From NCBI RefSeq assembly GCF_020745735.1, contig NC_083408.1:29046484-29110483 (forward strand): a stretch of 64,000 nucleotides of DNA, written 5' to 3'. A program made the translations under genes and the position numbers. Within the stretch, counting starts at the first letter, position 1. Each line of letters begins with the position of its first letter. The stretch is from Hemiscyllium ocellatum (taxonomy: Eukaryota). Below, in pieces: positions 62,372-64,000 of the stretch. The notes below the pieces were generated by a model. That model was not told where the DNA came from and did not search any database. It saw only the letters and a program-made list of their open reading frames with translations.

Positions 62372-64000
62372 GGTGTAGTGGAGAACGGCGGGAGTTGGAT
62401 GGAAGTGGGGTCGGGGCGCGGAGCTGGTCGGGAAGGTAAGTGATTGATATTTGAGTGGAGAAGGAACATGAGACACTACACGTGTAGTGTTTCCCACCCT
62501 CCCTTCTCCTCTAACCTAAAAAAAAAGGTAAGATACTTAGTGTTCTTGTTTTGGAGACTAAGTGTAGAGTTATGGCAGCGCAGGCAGTGGAATGTTCCTC
62601 CTGCAGGATGTTTGAGGTAGGGGTAACCACCGATGCTCCTGCCAATTTCAGCTGCCGGAAGTATATCCAGCTCCAGCTCCTCATAGTCTGCGTTAGGGAA
62701 CTGGAGCTGGAGTTGGAAGAACTGAGAATTATTCGAGAGGCTGAGAGGATGAAAGATAGAAGCTGCAGGAATATAGTTACGCCAGAGAACAGAGGTAGCT
62801 GGGTAACAGTTCGAGGTGGGAAGGGGAGGAAGCAGGCAGTGCAGGGATCCCCTGTGGTCGTTCCCCTCAACAATAAGTATACCACTTTGGATACTGTTGG
62901 GGAGGATGGCCTAGCAGGGGTAAGCTGCAGTGGCCGGGTCTCTGGCACGAGGTCCGGCTCTGAGGCTCAGAAGGGAAAGGGGGGGAGGAGGAGAGCGCTA
63001 GTTATAGGAGACTCTATAGTTAGTGGGACAGACAAGCGGTTCTGTGGACACGGGTGAGACTCTCGGATGGTTTGTTGCCTCCCGGGTGCCTGGGTCCGAG
63101 ATGTCTTAGACTGTGTCTTCAGAATCCTTAAGGGGGAGGGTGTGCAACCAGAAGTCGTGGTGCACATTGGCACCAACGACACAGGTAGGAAGAGGGGTGG
63201 GGAGGTCATTCAGGAGCTCAGAGAGTTAGGCTGGAAGCTAAAAGCTAGGACGGACAGAGGTGTCATCTCTGGGTTGTTGCCAGTGCCACGTGACAGTGAG
63301 GCAAGGAATAGGGAGAGAGTGCAGTTGAACACGTGGCTGCAAGGATGATGTAGGAGGGAGGGCTTCAGGTATTTGGACAATTGGACTGCATTCTGGGGAA
63401 GGTGGGACCTGTACAAGCAGGATGGGTTGCACCTGAACCAGAAGGGCACCAATATCCTGGGAGGTAGGTTTGCTAGCACTCTTCGGGAAGGGGGGGGGGT
63501 TAAACTAATTTGGCAGGGGGATGGGATCCAGACCTATAGTCCAGCAAGTAGGTTAGCTGTTCTTCAGGATGTCCAAGAATGTAGGGAGGCTGTGGAGAAG
63601 ATAGCACTGACAGGGAATACTTGTGGACACAGAGATGGGCTCAAGTGTGTATACTTCAATGCAAGAAGTATCAGAAATAAGGTGGGTGAACTTAAGGCTT
63701 GGATTCGTACTTGGGACTACGATGTTGTGGCCATCACGGAAACATGAATAGAAGAGTGACAGGGATGGTTGTTGGAGGTTCCTGGTTACAGATGTTTCAG
63801 TAAGCTTAGGGAGGGTGGTAAAAAAGGAGGGGGTGTGGTGTTGTTAATTAGAAATGGTATAATGGCTGCAGAAAGGCAGTTCGAGGGGATCTGCCTTTGG
63901 AGGCAGTATGGGCTGAAGTCAGAAATAGGAAAGGAGCAGTCACCTTGTTGGGTGTTTACTATAGGCCCCCCAATAGCAGCAGAGATGTGAAGAAACAGAT
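62372..64000 (+). mobile_element. CR1 LINE 5' end: 5'UTR, ORF1 (Cys motif, coiled coil, SGNH/GDSL esterase) and start of ORF2 APE; inactivated by point stops
   Basis: ATG 62572 MAAQAVECSSC...ELELELEEL, then LVIGDSIV, VHIGTND, DGLHLN and CVYFNARSIRNK...VAITET. Premature TGA at 63055, 63346 and 63745. Confidence 0.9.

Overview
Vertebrate genomic DNA, almost certainly a shark or ray (inferred from the HE1-type V-SINEs, CR1 LINEs and Penelope-like elements). The window holds a cluster of four spliced paralogs of the class-I SAM-dependent protein lysine methyltransferase EEF1AKMT3 (METTL21B). Paralog A is on the minus strand, with only coding exon 1 in the window. Paralogs B (212 aa) and C (231 aa) are complete on the plus strand. 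Paralog D is on the plus strand with exons 1-2 present and exon 3 not seen. All visible coding exons are open and have canonical GT-AG sites. The rest is retroelement debris and simple repeats. The most notable non-coding signal is a set of minimal type-I hammerhead ribozyme motifs in the Penelope-like terminal repeats. Two have intact cores and compensatory stem II changes, and one of these lies in sense orientation inside an intron of paralog B. Other points of interest are a divergent 5' architecture for paralog B, shared C/EBP-ATF promoter motifs, a ~670-bp SINE-plus-flank duplication pasted into another SINE, and a three-layer nested insertion. Family assignments come from recalled motifs, not database searches.
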